DNA of 64,000 nucleotides from Gammaproteobacteria bacterium (GTDB taxonomy: Bacteria > Pseudomonadota > Gammaproteobacteria > Poriferisulfidales > GCA-002705445), in assembly GCA_018675635.1 (NCBI GenBank), contig JABGXU010000008.1, positions 195,588 through 259,587 on the forward strand. The letters run 5' to 3'. The notes under the pieces are model-generated. The model was not told where the DNA came from, ran no database searches, and worked only from the letters and a program-made list of their open reading frames with translations. Of this stretch, positions 10,274-19,088 are shown in pieces (within the stretch, counting starts at the first letter, position 1; each line of letters opens with the position of its first letter). Position numbers and translations under genes: made by a program.

Positions 10274-11085
10274 AAATAGCATTTATTGGTTATGGAAATA
10301 TGTCAATTGCAATTATTGACGGAATACTGGAATCTAAAAATAATAATTTTTTAGATAATATATATATATTTCATAATAAAGAAAATTTACATTCTAAAAA
10401 AGAAGGTTGTAAATACTATTTGTCTGGAAATAATCAATCTAAAGAAAATTTCGATATTGTTTTTCTAGCGGTAAAGCCAAAAGATATAAATAATGCAATA
10501 AGAGAAAATATTAATATTTTTAAAGATGAGCAAATCATTATTTCTATAGTTGCTGGTATAAATGTAAAAACGATAAAAAGCATTATAAATAGAAATAATT
10601 CTATAATAAGGGCTATGCCAAATTTATGTGCAAAAATCAAAAAAAGCACTTCAATTATTTTTTATTATAATAATCTTAATAATAATTTAAAAAAATCAAT
10701 AGAAAGTTTATTTTCTTGTATTGGAAGCATTATAATAATTACAGATGAAGAGCAGCTTCATAGTTACACAGCTTTAACTGGAAGCGGGCCAGCATATGTG
10801 ATGTATTTTATAGAAGCCATGTATGAAGCTTGTGAAAATTTTAATATTGATGATAGTTTGAAGTTCAAAGTAATTTTGGATATGGCTATTGGTACTTTAG
10901 ATTTAATTGAAAAAAAATCTAAAGGAATTGAGGATATAAAAAAAATGCGTAATGAAGTTACTTCTAAAGGCGGTACAACAGAAGCAGCCATAAAAAGTTT
11001 ATCGGATAATTCATTTTCTAAAATTTTAAGGGATGCGGTCAATGAAGCAAAGATAAAATCTATAGATTTATCAATTAAGGATTAA
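10270..11085 (+). CDS. proC: pyrroline-5-carboxylate reductase
   Basis: 271 aa. IAFIGYGNM Rossmann N-terminus and the VTSKGGTTEAAI motif. ATGA overlap with yggS. Confidence 0.85.
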   Translation: MKIAFIGYGNMSIAIIDGILESKNNNFLDNIYIFHNKENLHSKKEGCKYYLSGNNQSKENFDIVFLAVKPKDINNAIRENINIFKDEQIIISIVAGINVKTIKSIINRNNSIIRAMPNLCAKIKKSTSIIFYYNNLNNNLKKSIESLFSCIGSIIIITDEEQLHSYTALTGSGPAYVMYFIEAMYEACENFNIDDSLKFKVILDMAIGTLDLIEKKSKGIEDIKKMRNEVTSKGGTTEAAIKSLSDNSFSKILRDAVNEAKIKSIDLSIKD

Positions 11086-11090
11086 ATTTG

Positions 11091-11648
11091 ATGTCAAATT
11101 CATTTCCACAATTAGGGTTAAATTTAATAGATATATTTTTTTCTTTTATTATATTTGTTTTTACGTTAAGACTATTAATGTCTTTTTTTAGTACGAGTGC
11201 ATATAATCCAATAACGCAGTCATTAATTAAAATATCAAGACCAATATTAGTGTTTTTTTTCTTTATTCCTAATCTAAATAAATTTGAGTTATCAAGTCTT
11301 TTCGTTATATTTTTATCGCATTTTTTAAATTTTTTTATACAAGGTTCTTTAATAGGAGCAGACATTTTTATTGAGTCTATAATAATATTTTCTATTAAGA
11401 GTTCTATATTTAGCATTCTTAATGTTTTATCAATTATTTTTATAATATTAGCTTTATCTAGTTGGTTTGTTCAATCTTCACAATCTAACAGAAATCCAGC
11501 ATTAGATATAATTTATCAGATATCAACCCCAATTTTATTTTTTATTAAGAGATTAGTGCCTACATCAATAGGTGTAATAGATTTTTCAGTAATAATTGTA
11601 CTTGTTCTTATTATATTTATTAAAAATATCGTTAATATTATTTTATAA
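11091..11648 (+). CDS. yggT: YggT family membrane protein
   Basis: About 185 aa, polytopic and hydrophobic. Conserved location after proC. ATG at 11091, one codon inside the track ORF. Confidence 0.7.
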   Translation: MSNSFPQLGLNLIDIFFSFIIFVFTLRLLMSFFSTSAYNPITQSLIKISRPILVFFFFIPNLNKFELSSLFVIFLSHFLNFFIQGSLIGADIFIESIIIFSIKSSIFSILNVLSIIFIILALSSWFVQSSQSNRNPALDIIYQISTPILFFIKRLVPTSIGVIDFSVIIVLVLIIFIKNIVNIIL

Positions 11649-11687
11649 GCTTATTTGTATATTTTTCTAAATTCGTATATATTGCAT

Positions 11688-11740
11688 AAAACACCGATTT
11701 GAAGTCAGCTTGCGGGTGGGAAAATACAGCTAAAGCGAAA
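11688..11740 (+). ncRNA. candidate SAM-II/SAM-V-like pseudoknot leader upstream of metX (tentative)
   Basis: A GC-richer patch in an AT-rich spacer: CACCGAUUUGAAGUCAGCUUGCGGGUGGGAAAAUACAGCUAAAGCG. H-type pseudoknot potential: CACC 11692-11695 pairs with GGUG 11715-11718, and GCUU 11708-11711 pairs with AAGC 11733-11736. It has a U-rich 5' loop and an A-rich 3' linker. Both helices are short, and the motif match relies on my memory of the consensus. Confidence 0.3.
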
Positions 11741-11799
11741 AATTTATCAAGCATAGCCAAATTTCCTTTATATATAATAATGATTTCAAATATGAAATT

Positions 11800-12942
11800 A
11801 TGGATTTTATTATGCAAAATAAACTAGATAAAAATTCAGTTGGCATTGTTTCTCCTAGCTCTGTTGAGATAAAGCAGAGTCTGGAGCTTGATTGTGGGAA
11901 AACTATAGAAAATTTTTGTTTGGTATATGAAACGTATGGGAAATTAAATAAAGAAAAAAATAATGCAATTCTAATTTGTCATGCTTTATCTGGGGATCAT
12001 CATGCTGCTGGGTATCATGACATTAATGATAAGAAGCCAGGATGGTGGGACGTATGTATAGGCCCAAACAAACCTTTTGATACTAATAAATTTTTCATAG
12101 TCTCTCTTAACAATCTTGGTGGTTGTATGGGCTCAACTGGGCCAAACACATTAGATAAAAAAACTGGTAATGAATATGGTCCTGATTTTCCAATAGTTAC
12201 TGTAAATGATTGGGTTAATAGCCAAAAATTATTGGCTGATTATTTAGGAATTAATGCTTGGGCTTGTGTTATTGGAGGTAGTCTTGGAGGTATGCAAGCG
12301 TTGCAGTGGGCAATAAGTTACCCAGACAAAATAAGAAATTCAATAATAATTGCTGCTGCAGCAAAACTTTCTGCCCAAAATATTGCATTTAATGAAGTAG
12401 CAAGACAGTCGATAATTACCGACCCAGAATTTCATGACGGGCATTACAATAAATTTGGAGTTATTCCAAAAAGAGGACTTAGTATCGCAAGAATGTTAGG
12501 GCATATAACATATTTGTCTGATGATTCTATGAGGCAGAAATTTGGGAGAGATTTAAGAGAGGGAAAATTACATTTTGGATATGATGTAGATTTTCAAGTA
12601 GAAAGTTATTTGAGATATCAAGCACAAGCATTTGTGGAAAGATTTGATGCAAACACATATTTATTAATGACTAAGGCATTAGATTATTTTGACCCGGCAA
12701 AAGAACATGGAGGAGATTTATCAAAAGCATTAGAAAATACTAAGTCTAGGTTCCTTGTTTTGTCTTTTACTAGTGATTGGCGTTTTTCATCATCTAGATC
12801 ACATGAAATAGTGAAATCATTAGTTAGAGCAAGAAAAAGTGTTTCTTATTCTGAAATTGAAGCAAATCATGGACATGATGCATTCTTAATGCCAATACCT
12901 CAATATTTGGGTGTTCTTAAGAATTTTATGGAGAATGTCTAA
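11800..12942 (+). CDS. metX: homoserine O-acyltransferase MetX
   Basis: 380-aa alpha/beta hydrolase. [10 protein letters not shown] nucleophile elbow and C-terminal HGHDAFL. Followed by metW. Confidence 0.92.
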   Translation: MDFIMQNKLDKNSVGIVSPSSVEIKQSLELDCGKTIENFCLVYETYGKLNKEKNNAILICHALSGDHHAAGYHDINDKKPGWWDVCIGPNKPFDTNKFFIVSLNNLGGCMGSTGPNTLDKKTGNEYGPDFPIVTVNDWVNSQKLLADYLGINAWACVIGGSLGGMQALQWAISYPDKIRNSIIIAAAAKLSAQNIAFNEVARQSIITDPEFHDGHYNKFGVIPKRGLSIARMLGHITYLSDDSMRQKFGRDLREGKLHFGYDVDFQVESYLRYQAQAFVERFDANTYLLMTKALDYFDPAKEHGGDLSKALENTKSRFLVLSFTSDWRFSSSRSHEIVKSLVRARKSVSYSEIEANHGHDAFLMPIPQYLGVLKNFMENV

Positions 12943-13541
12943 TGATAAGAAAAGATTTTAAAATAATATCTGATTGGATAAAAAAAGATTCAACTGTTTT
13001 AGATTTAGGTTGTGGTGATTCAACCTTGCTTGAATATTTAAAAATAAATAAAAATATTTCTGGTTATGGATTTGAAAAAGATATTAATAAGGTTCAAGAG
13101 TCTATAAAAAAAAATATTAATGTAATACAAGCAGATTTTAATGTTGGTTTGGCAAAATATTTTAATAGTAACTTTTTTGATTACGCAGTTATGACTCAAG
13201 CACTTCAAGAAAACAAGAACCCAAATCATATAATTTTAGAAATGTTAAGGGTTGCAAGAGAAGGTATTGTAACTTTCCCCAATATGGGATTTTGGAAAAA
13301 CAGGTTTCAACTTGGTTTTCTTGGACGTATGCCAGTATCAAATTCATTGCCAAATAATTGGTTTGATACCCCAAATATTCATTTGTGTACTTTTAATGAT
13401 TTTGAAAAACTTTGTGGAGATTTAGAAATTATTATTTTAGATAAGAAAGTTTTAAATAATAATTATTCCACTAATTTTCTACTTAAAATATTTCCTAATT
13501 TTTTTGGGGAAATAGCTTTATATCGTTTTAAGAAAGATTAA
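12942..13541 (+). CDS. metW: methionine biosynthesis protein MetW
   Basis: 199 aa. VLDLGCGDSTLL methyltransferase-like fold. Canonical metX-metW coupling (1-nt overlap). Confidence 0.9.
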   Translation: MIRKDFKIISDWIKKDSTVLDLGCGDSTLLEYLKINKNISGYGFEKDINKVQESIKKNINVIQADFNVGLAKYFNSNFFDYAVMTQALQENKNPNHIILEMLRVAREGIVTFPNMGFWKNRFQLGFLGRMPVSNSLPNNWFDTPNIHLCTFNDFEKLCGDLEIIILDKKVLNNNYSTNFLLKIFPNFFGEIALYRFKKD

Positions 13542-13973
13542 TTATTTTGTTTTAATTTTTGCCTTAATAAAATCAGTATGACTTAAATGCAGTAATTCTG
13601 ATATTTTTCTAATTCTGTGTTCTTCATGTTTATCAATAATATTATCAACTCTTGCTATTTTCCAAGCCATATTAAGTATTGTTTTTTTCTGTGTATTAGT
13701 AAATTTATCGTTAATTAATTTAATGTACTTTCTAAGACAATTAATGTTCTTATGTAATTCTTGTGCTTCAGCAGTTACCCATTTAGCTTTTTCTTTGTCT
13801 AAATTATATTCTTTTTCAATTAGATTGACTATAGATCTAATTTCAATTTCACTAATTTTAAAGTCAGCATAGCTAACTTCTATTAAAATTATTGCACAAG
13901 CGATGTTAATATCACTTATTGGATCAATATTCTCTGGTGCTTTTTTAAATATTTTTTTTATTAGATTTAGCAT
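13542..13973 (-). CDS. TerB-like (tellurite-resistance TerB / DjlA N-domain family) protein
   Basis: 143 aa, helical. The pattern ..IEVSYADFKISEIE....I...L.......HEEHRIRKISELLHLSHTDF resembles TerB-family repeats. This is a by-eye assignment. Confidence 0.5.
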   Translation of the reverse strand: MLNLIKKIFKKAPENIDPISDINIACAIILIEVSYADFKISEIEIRSIVNLIEKEYNLDKEKAKWVTAEAQELHKNINCLRKYIKLINDKFTNTQKKTILNMAWKIARVDNIIDKHEEHRIRKISELLHLSHTDFIKAKIKTK

Positions 13974-14082
13974 AATTTATGATATTTTATCATTAATAGA
14001 ATATATAATTTTAATTTTTTCAATATCATTGATAATTTCATTATTAAGATATAAAGTAACATAAAATAATTTTTGATAAATT

Positions 14083-14481
14083 ATGACTAATTATACGGAT
14101 AAAGAATTTATGTACATAACAGAAACTGTTATGAGGATTTTAGATACTTGGAACCTTACAACCCAGCAAATGGTTTTAGTTATAGGACTTCCAACTCAAA
14201 CTAAGAAAAGACAGCTAGATAAATTCAGATCTCTAAAAGCTTTTCCAAAGGATGATCTAATTATAAAAAGGCTAAGTCATATAGTAGGAATATCTGATGC
14301 ACTACGAACTTCATTTCCAAGAAATGAAAATATGTCAGAAAAATGGTTAAAAACACAACATAGGAGATTTGATAATGAGACCCCTTTGTCTGTTATATTG
14401 GAGCAAGGGGTGGATGGACTATGTAAAGTAAGATCTGAATTAGATTGCACTTTTGCATGGGATACATCTGTACAAATTTAA
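14083..14481 (+). CDS. Xre/MbcA/ParS-type antitoxin-like protein (HTH plus DUF2384-like C-terminal domain)
   Basis: 132 aa. N-terminal HTH-like WNLTTQQMVLVIGLPTQTKKRQL. The C-terminal segment RLSHIVGISDALRTSFPRNENMSEKWLKTQHRRFDNETPLSVILEQGVDGLCKVRSEL parallels the MbcA/ParS toxin-binding domain pattern (DAL..P...W(L/M)......TP......G...V...L). Confidence 0.6.
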   Translation: MTNYTDKEFMYITETVMRILDTWNLTTQQMVLVIGLPTQTKKRQLDKFRSLKAFPKDDLIIKRLSHIVGISDALRTSFPRNENMSEKWLKTQHRRFDNETPLSVILEQGVDGLCKVRSELDCTFAWDTSVQI

Positions 14482-14493
14482 TCAATTAATATT

Positions 14494-15006
14494 ATGAAAA
14501 AACTTTACACAATAAAAAATTCAAAATTACATGGAAAAGGGTTATTTGCTAATTGCAACATAAAAGCCGAAACAAATATTGTTGAGTACGTTGGTGAAAA
14601 AATAACAAAAGCACAATCAGAGAAAATATCTGATATACAACTAAAAAAATCTCAAAAAAATAAAGATGAAGGGCAAGTATATATTTTCACATTAAATAAT
14701 AAATATGATATTAACGGCAATGTAAATTATAACAAAGCTAGATTAATGAATCATTCATGTAATTCTAATTGTGATACCGATATAATTGATAATAAAATTT
14801 GGATAAGATCGTATAAAGATATTAAGAAAGGTGAAGAATTGACATATGATTATGGTTTTACTTTTGATAAAGATGATTTTAGAGATCACATTTGTAAATG
14901 TGGGTCAAGAAAATGTGTAGGATTTATTGTAACTGAAACAGACTGGAAAAAGCTAAGAAAGTTTCTGTTAAAGCTAGCTAAAAATTGTTTAAAAACTAAC
15001 GAATAA
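14494..15006 (+). CDS. SET-domain protein methyltransferase with post-SET Cys motif
   Basis: 170 aa. GKGLFA, EYVGEKI, YIF, RLMNHSCNSNC, GEELTYDYGF and post-SET CKCGSRKCVG are the full set of canonical SET signatures. Starts 12 nt after the preceding ORF. Confidence 0.9.
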   Translation: MKKLYTIKNSKLHGKGLFANCNIKAETNIVEYVGEKITKAQSEKISDIQLKKSQKNKDEGQVYIFTLNNKYDINGNVNYNKARLMNHSCNSNCDTDIIDNKIWIRSYKDIKKGEELTYDYGFTFDKDDFRDHICKCGSRKCVGFIVTETDWKKLRKFLLKLAKNCLKTNE

Positions 15007-15655
15007 ATTTTTTTGAAAAGCAAGAAACGTTATTTATTGAAGTATAATTTTCTACTATTTGTTTTTCTTTTTTTGAATCCGGATAATTTATCGAGATAAG
15101 ATTTTTAATACCATTTTTTTCAGCAAATTTTAAAACATTTTCATTATCATCAATAAAGAATGTTTTTTCTTTATTATAAATTATATTTTTATTTAATATA
15201 TTCCAAAAATTTTCCGTCTCTTTGGCATACCCATAATCATGAGATGAAATTATTTTATTAAAATACCCCCATAATTTAGACTGTGTAATTTTAATATTTA
15301 GCATTTCTCTTGGGCAATTAGTTATTAGAACTGTATTAATCTGATTTTTTTTTAGAGTTTTAAGGAATTCTATTGTGTTAGGAAGCACTGAAATTTTGTC
15401 TTTGGTATTTAATATTTCTGATTTTAAATTAATGTTCAAAATATTACTCCAGTAATTTATGCTGTACCATTCAATAGTACTTTTTTTCTCCATATACATG
15501 CCTTCAAGTATTATTTTTGCTTCTGCAAATGTTGTTTTTTCTATTTTAGAATATAAATTTGGAATATGCTCATGCCAAAAATAGTTGTCATATGCTAGAT
15601 CAAGTAATGTTCCATCCATATCTAAAAAAAACGTTTCTATTACGCCCCATTTCAT
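14996..15655 (-). CDS. HAD-superfamily hydrolase (YrfG-like nucleotidase type)
   Basis: 219 aa. FLDMDGTLLDL (DxDxT), LITN and FIDDN motifs. Its 3' end overlaps the convergent SET gene by 11 nt. Confidence 0.7.
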   Translation of the reverse strand: MKWGVIETFFLDMDGTLLDLAYDNYFWHEHIPNLYSKIEKTTFAEAKIILEGMYMEKKSTIEWYSINYWSNILNINLKSEILNTKDKISVLPNTIEFLKTLKKNQINTVLITNCPREMLNIKITQSKLWGYFNKIISSHDYGYAKETENFWNILNKNIIYNKEKTFFIDDNENVLKFAEKNGIKNLISINYPDSKKEKQIVENYTSINNVSCFSKKFIR

Positions 15656-15692
15656 CTACTCTATTCCTACATTAGTTATTTATTTGATATAT

Positions 15693-16877
15693 ATGATAAC
15701 AGAAAAAAAATATACAGCTTTGGTAAACCTATTATTACAGGTACTGTTTGTTGGTATTTTGCTTGGGTTATTTAGAACTGCTATTCCAGCATTATCAGAA
15801 AGTGTTTTTTTAGTCCCTAAAAATTCATTTATATTTTTATCTACTTTTATTATTGCTTTTGGGATCATTAAGGGAATTGCTAATTATTATGCTGGTGTTT
15901 TTGCTGATAAATATAATAGAAAAACTGTTCTATTATTAGGTTGGTTAGTAGCATTTCCAGTTCCTTTTATAATTTATTTTGCTACAAATTGGTATTACAT
16001 AATTTTAGCCACATTTATTATTGGCATTAATCAAGGGCTAACCTGGTCAGTGACACAAATTTCAAGTGTAGATATTACAAAAAATGAGAATAGAGGATTT
16101 ATTGTTGGGTTAAATGAATTTTCTGGATATTTTGGTGTTGCTATTGGAGGTATTTTAGTTAGTTATATGACATCTTTACTTACAGTAAAAATAGCTTTAT
16201 TTCTTTTTAGTATAATATTTATTTTAATAGCTACTTTATATTGTATATTTTTGGTTAAAGAAACAAAAAGCTATGCAAACATAGCATTTGGTAAAAATCC
16301 AAAAAACGTTTTTTTATATGTAACATGGACAAATAAAAAATTATTTGCTTATTCTCAGGCAGGACACATTGAAAAATTTGTTGATACTTGTATATGGATC
16401 TTCTTCCCTGTTTATTTGTTTAATAACGGTGTAACTTTAATTGAAATTAGTTACATAGTTGGTACATATACTTTTACTTGGGGGATTTTTCAAATTTTCA
16501 CGGGTTTGTATTCTGATTATGTGGGAAGAAACTTATTAATTATATCAGGAATGTTAATTTGTTCTATTGTACTTCCATTATGTTTATTAAGTCTTGAATT
16601 TAGTTGGTGGATGACGTGTAGTTTTTTTCTTGGTTTGGGTATGGCTCTTTTATATCCGTCAATAAGCTCTGCTGTTAATGATAATTGTGATGATAGTTGG
16701 AGAGCTTCTGCAATTGGTATATATAGATTTTGGAGGGATACCGGTTATGCTACAGGAGCATTAGGATTAGGCATAGTAACAAGTTTAGTAAACATTGAGG
16801 CTGGCTTTATTTTTGTTTCTTTCAGCATGATATTGTCAACTTTAATTTTAATTTTTACTTTAAAAAAATATAGTTAG
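15693..16877 (+). CDS. MFS transporter
   Basis: About 394 aa with about 12 predicted TM helices. The loop motif GVFADKYNRKTV resembles the MFS D-R/K-x-G-R-R/K loop. Start trimmed to ATG 15693 to avoid overlapping the HAD gene. Confidence 0.75.
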   Translation: MITEKKYTALVNLLLQVLFVGILLGLFRTAIPALSESVFLVPKNSFIFLSTFIIAFGIIKGIANYYAGVFADKYNRKTVLLLGWLVAFPVPFIIYFATNWYYIILATFIIGINQGLTWSVTQISSVDITKNENRGFIVGLNEFSGYFGVAIGGILVSYMTSLLTVKIALFLFSIIFILIATLYCIFLVKETKSYANIAFGKNPKNVFLYVTWTNKKLFAYSQAGHIEKFVDTCIWIFFPVYLFNNGVTLIEISYIVGTYTFTWGIFQIFTGLYSDYVGRNLLIISGMLICSIVLPLCLLSLEFSWWMTCSFFLGLGMALLYPSISSAVNDNCDDSWRASAIGIYRFWRDTGYATGALGLGIVTSLVNIEAGFIFVSFSMILSTLILIFTLKKYS

Positions 16878-16940
16878 TATATTAAATAAAAATGTTTTTG
16901 GTGAAACGATAGGAATTTGTAGTTAAGAATACTATGTATT

Positions 16941-18449
16941 CTATTTCACAAGTGGAGGAACCATACCATGGTGAAATATGTATGCTACACCGTAAGCTAT
17001 TGGAGCTATAACTACAAATAAACCAATAGCATATAGAAATGCAAGTTTACCCATGCCTTTTAATTTACTGAAATCAGTTATTACTCCGATGCTAACGAAA
17101 GTAAGCATAAACATCATTTTTCTCATAGGGCTTTGAACAACATTAGCTCCAACTGACGCAGCATCTTTTACATCTGGCGCTAAAATAATAATTAATAAAT
17201 AAAAAAACCAGGTTATAAAATAACCAATCACAAATTTTGGAAAGCGAAACCAAATTTCTGATAAAGGCACATTACTTCCAACCGACCTTTTTTCAACTTT
17301 GTACATCCATATTAAAGCCAATATAAACGCCCAAACACCAATAAAGACATCTATCCATATTTTAGTTAATACGGCAGCAGCAAGTATCCAATCCTCTTGC
17401 CATTGTTCTCCTGTTTCTTTTAGATGTTGGCTAACCATTATTTCATCTAATATTGCTCCTGCAGCCGCATCTGCGCCATCTGTTTTAACAGTCATGCCCA
17501 TAGCAGCACCATTTACTATTGGCTCATTAGGTGCAACAGCTGCATAAAAACCTGGCAATACCACTAATTCAAGCATTGCAAATATTACTATTAACATCGA
17601 AAGGGCTATAGGCAAAATGGGTTTTGCACGAATTGCGCCAGCTGTTGCAATTGCTGCAGAAACTCCACATATTGAAATACCAGATGACAGAACTGCTGCG
17701 GCGTCTCGACTAAGCTTAAATAATCTTCGCGATATAAAATATATAATTGGCCAAAATAAAAGATATGCTACAAAAACTGCGGCTGCACCAGTTAGAGCTA
17801 GATCTATTGCAAAACCTGTTGCTCTCATAGACATTAAGCCAAGCTTTATTCCAAGATAAACAATTGCTGTTTTAATAAACCATTCTGGTTTTGCTGATTC
17901 TCGTAAAAACTTTGCCAAATTTTTAAAAAAATTTCCTATTATTAATCCAATAGCTAAAGCTAGCATATAAGAAAAACCACCACCCAATTGTAACCCCCAT
18001 GTTAAATTATATTTTTCAAAATAATTTTTTCCTTTTACAATGGCATCAACAGATTTGAAGTGTGCTTCATGACCTACAATCCAGCATAGCCATGTAATAA
18101 AAAATATAATGGTGAACCCAAAAAAGAATTTTTTTACATCAAGTTTTTGAAAGTAAGCACCAATGCATGTAATAAATGTAAAAATAAAATAAGTGAAAAA
18201 TAATGAAACTAGAGGATGTAATTGCGCATAGTATTTTGTAGATGGTTTAAGCAACTTTGCCCATGAAAAATTAGACATAAGATCAGTCCATTCCCAAGTT
18301 TTTACTTTTGTCATCCATCCTACTAGGTCAATATCCCAGATAGTAAAAAGTCCTGCAAAAAACATTATTAAACCTAACCAGACTGCCCACCAGTCTTCTG
18401 TTCGCAGCATGCCATCTGACCATTTTCTATTAATATTTTCCATATTCAT
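16941..18449 (-). CDS. large polytopic membrane protein, YeiH/UPF0324-like (putative sulfate-exporter family)
   Basis: 502 aa with many TM helices. The central GISICGVSAAIATAGAIRAKP resembles the YeiH family signature, but the protein is longer than typical members. The function call is tentative. Confidence 0.5.
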   Translation of the reverse strand: MNMENINRKWSDGMLRTEDWWAVWLGLIMFFAGLFTIWDIDLVGWMTKVKTWEWTDLMSNFSWAKLLKPSTKYYAQLHPLVSLFFTYFIFTFITCIGAYFQKLDVKKFFFGFTIIFFITWLCWIVGHEAHFKSVDAIVKGKNYFEKYNLTWGLQLGGGFSYMLALAIGLIIGNFFKNLAKFLRESAKPEWFIKTAIVYLGIKLGLMSMRATGFAIDLALTGAAAVFVAYLLFWPIIYFISRRLFKLSRDAAAVLSSGISICGVSAAIATAGAIRAKPILPIALSMLIVIFAMLELVVLPGFYAAVAPNEPIVNGAAMGMTVKTDGADAAAGAILDEIMVSQHLKETGEQWQEDWILAAAVLTKIWIDVFIGVWAFILALIWMYKVEKRSVGSNVPLSEIWFRFPKFVIGYFITWFFYLLIIILAPDVKDAASVGANVVQSPMRKMMFMLTFVSIGVITDFSKLKGMGKLAFLYAIGLFVVIAPIAYGVAYIFHHGMVPPLVK

Positions 18450-18712
18450 ATATCAAAAATTAATATTCTGTTGAAATAGTGTGAATGATATTGATGAAGC
18501 CACTTCGGGAATGTGGAAAAATCATAAACCATATTAACTTTTATTTTTTTTCCTTTTTCTTTTATTAGTAAATTAGTTAGCGTTATTTTAATTTTATCAT
18601 CTAGATCAGTAATCTCTTTTGCTTTCAATTTCAAGAAATTATTTTTCGCAAACCAATAATTATTATTATGGCTAATTTGTAATTCTGTATTTATTACTAG
18701 TATTGTCTTCAT
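18446..18712 (-). CDS. hypothetical protein (88 aa), translationally coupled to the downstream transporter
   Basis: ORF overlaps the genes on both sides (4-nt ATGA-type overlap with the upstream micro-ORF; 4-nt overlap with the transporter start). I recognise no motif. Confidence 0.5.
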   Translation of the reverse strand: MKTILVINTELQISHNNNYWFAKNNFLKLKAKEITDLDDKIKITLTNLLIKEKGKKIKVNMVYDFSTFPKWLHQYHSHYFNRILIFDI

Positions 18713-18873
18713 AATACTAACAAGTTTATTAAAATACCGAGAATAATTAAACCAATAATGGCAATTAGGATACTATAGATTACTAGTTTTGATTCCCAGC
18801 TTTCCCATGGTTCTGGGTTACTTAGTAATTCTTGCGCAGACTCTAATTCAATAGATTTTACTTTATCTTTCAT
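18709..18873 (-). CDS. small single-pass membrane protein (54 aa), not in ORF track
   Basis: Manual translation: MKDKVKSIELESAQELLSNPEPWESWESKLVIYSILIAIIGLIILGILINLLVL. Its TGA overlaps the ATG of the 88-aa ORF. C-terminal TM helix. Confidence 0.45.
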   Translation of the reverse strand: MKDKVKSIELESAQELLSNPEPWESWESKLVIYSILIAIIGLIILGILINLLVL

Positions 18874-19012
18874 TTTTAAAAACCTCATAAAGTACTTTAT
18901 ATAATATATGGAAAAATTTGCTAAATTAACAAATTTTTCTTATAGAGTAGTTTAATATGAATAGCATAAAAGTTAGATATGCTAAAGATTTTTTTTAATA
19001 GAATATTATAAA

Positions 19013-19088
19013 TGGTGGCTCGGGGCAGAATTGAACTGCCGACACGAGGATTTTCAGTCCACTGCTCTACCAACTGAGCTACCAAGCC
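19013..19088 (-). tRNA. tRNA-Phe (GAA)
   Basis: The reverse complement reads GGCTTGGTAGCTCAGTTGGTAGAGCAGTGGACTGAAAATCCTCGTGTCGGCAGTTCAATTCTGCCCCGAGCCACCA. It is 76 nt with a 7-bp acceptor stem, a CT-GAA-AA anticodon loop, a GTTCAAT T-loop and an encoded CCA. Confidence 0.95.

Noticed and set aside
10434-11416. Three minus-strand ORFs (71, 92 and 113 aa) antisense to proC and yggT
   Set aside because: They overlap well-supported plus-strand genes. Their low-complexity I/L/K/F-rich translations are expected from AT-rich antisense frames.
13979-14032. Short palindromes ATGATA-TTT-TATCAT (13979-13993) and TCAAT-ATC-ATTGA (14020-14032) as possible operators for the Xre-like protein
   Set aside because: Palindromes of 5-6 bp made of A/T are expected by chance in a spacer this AT-rich. 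There is not enough evidence to call them binding sites.
17299-17859. Two Ala-rich plus-strand ORFs (82 and 80 aa) inside the YeiH-like gene
   Set aside because: They are antisense to a long, clearly membrane-protein-coding frame. The Ala-rich composition simply mirrors the GC-richer codons of the real gene.
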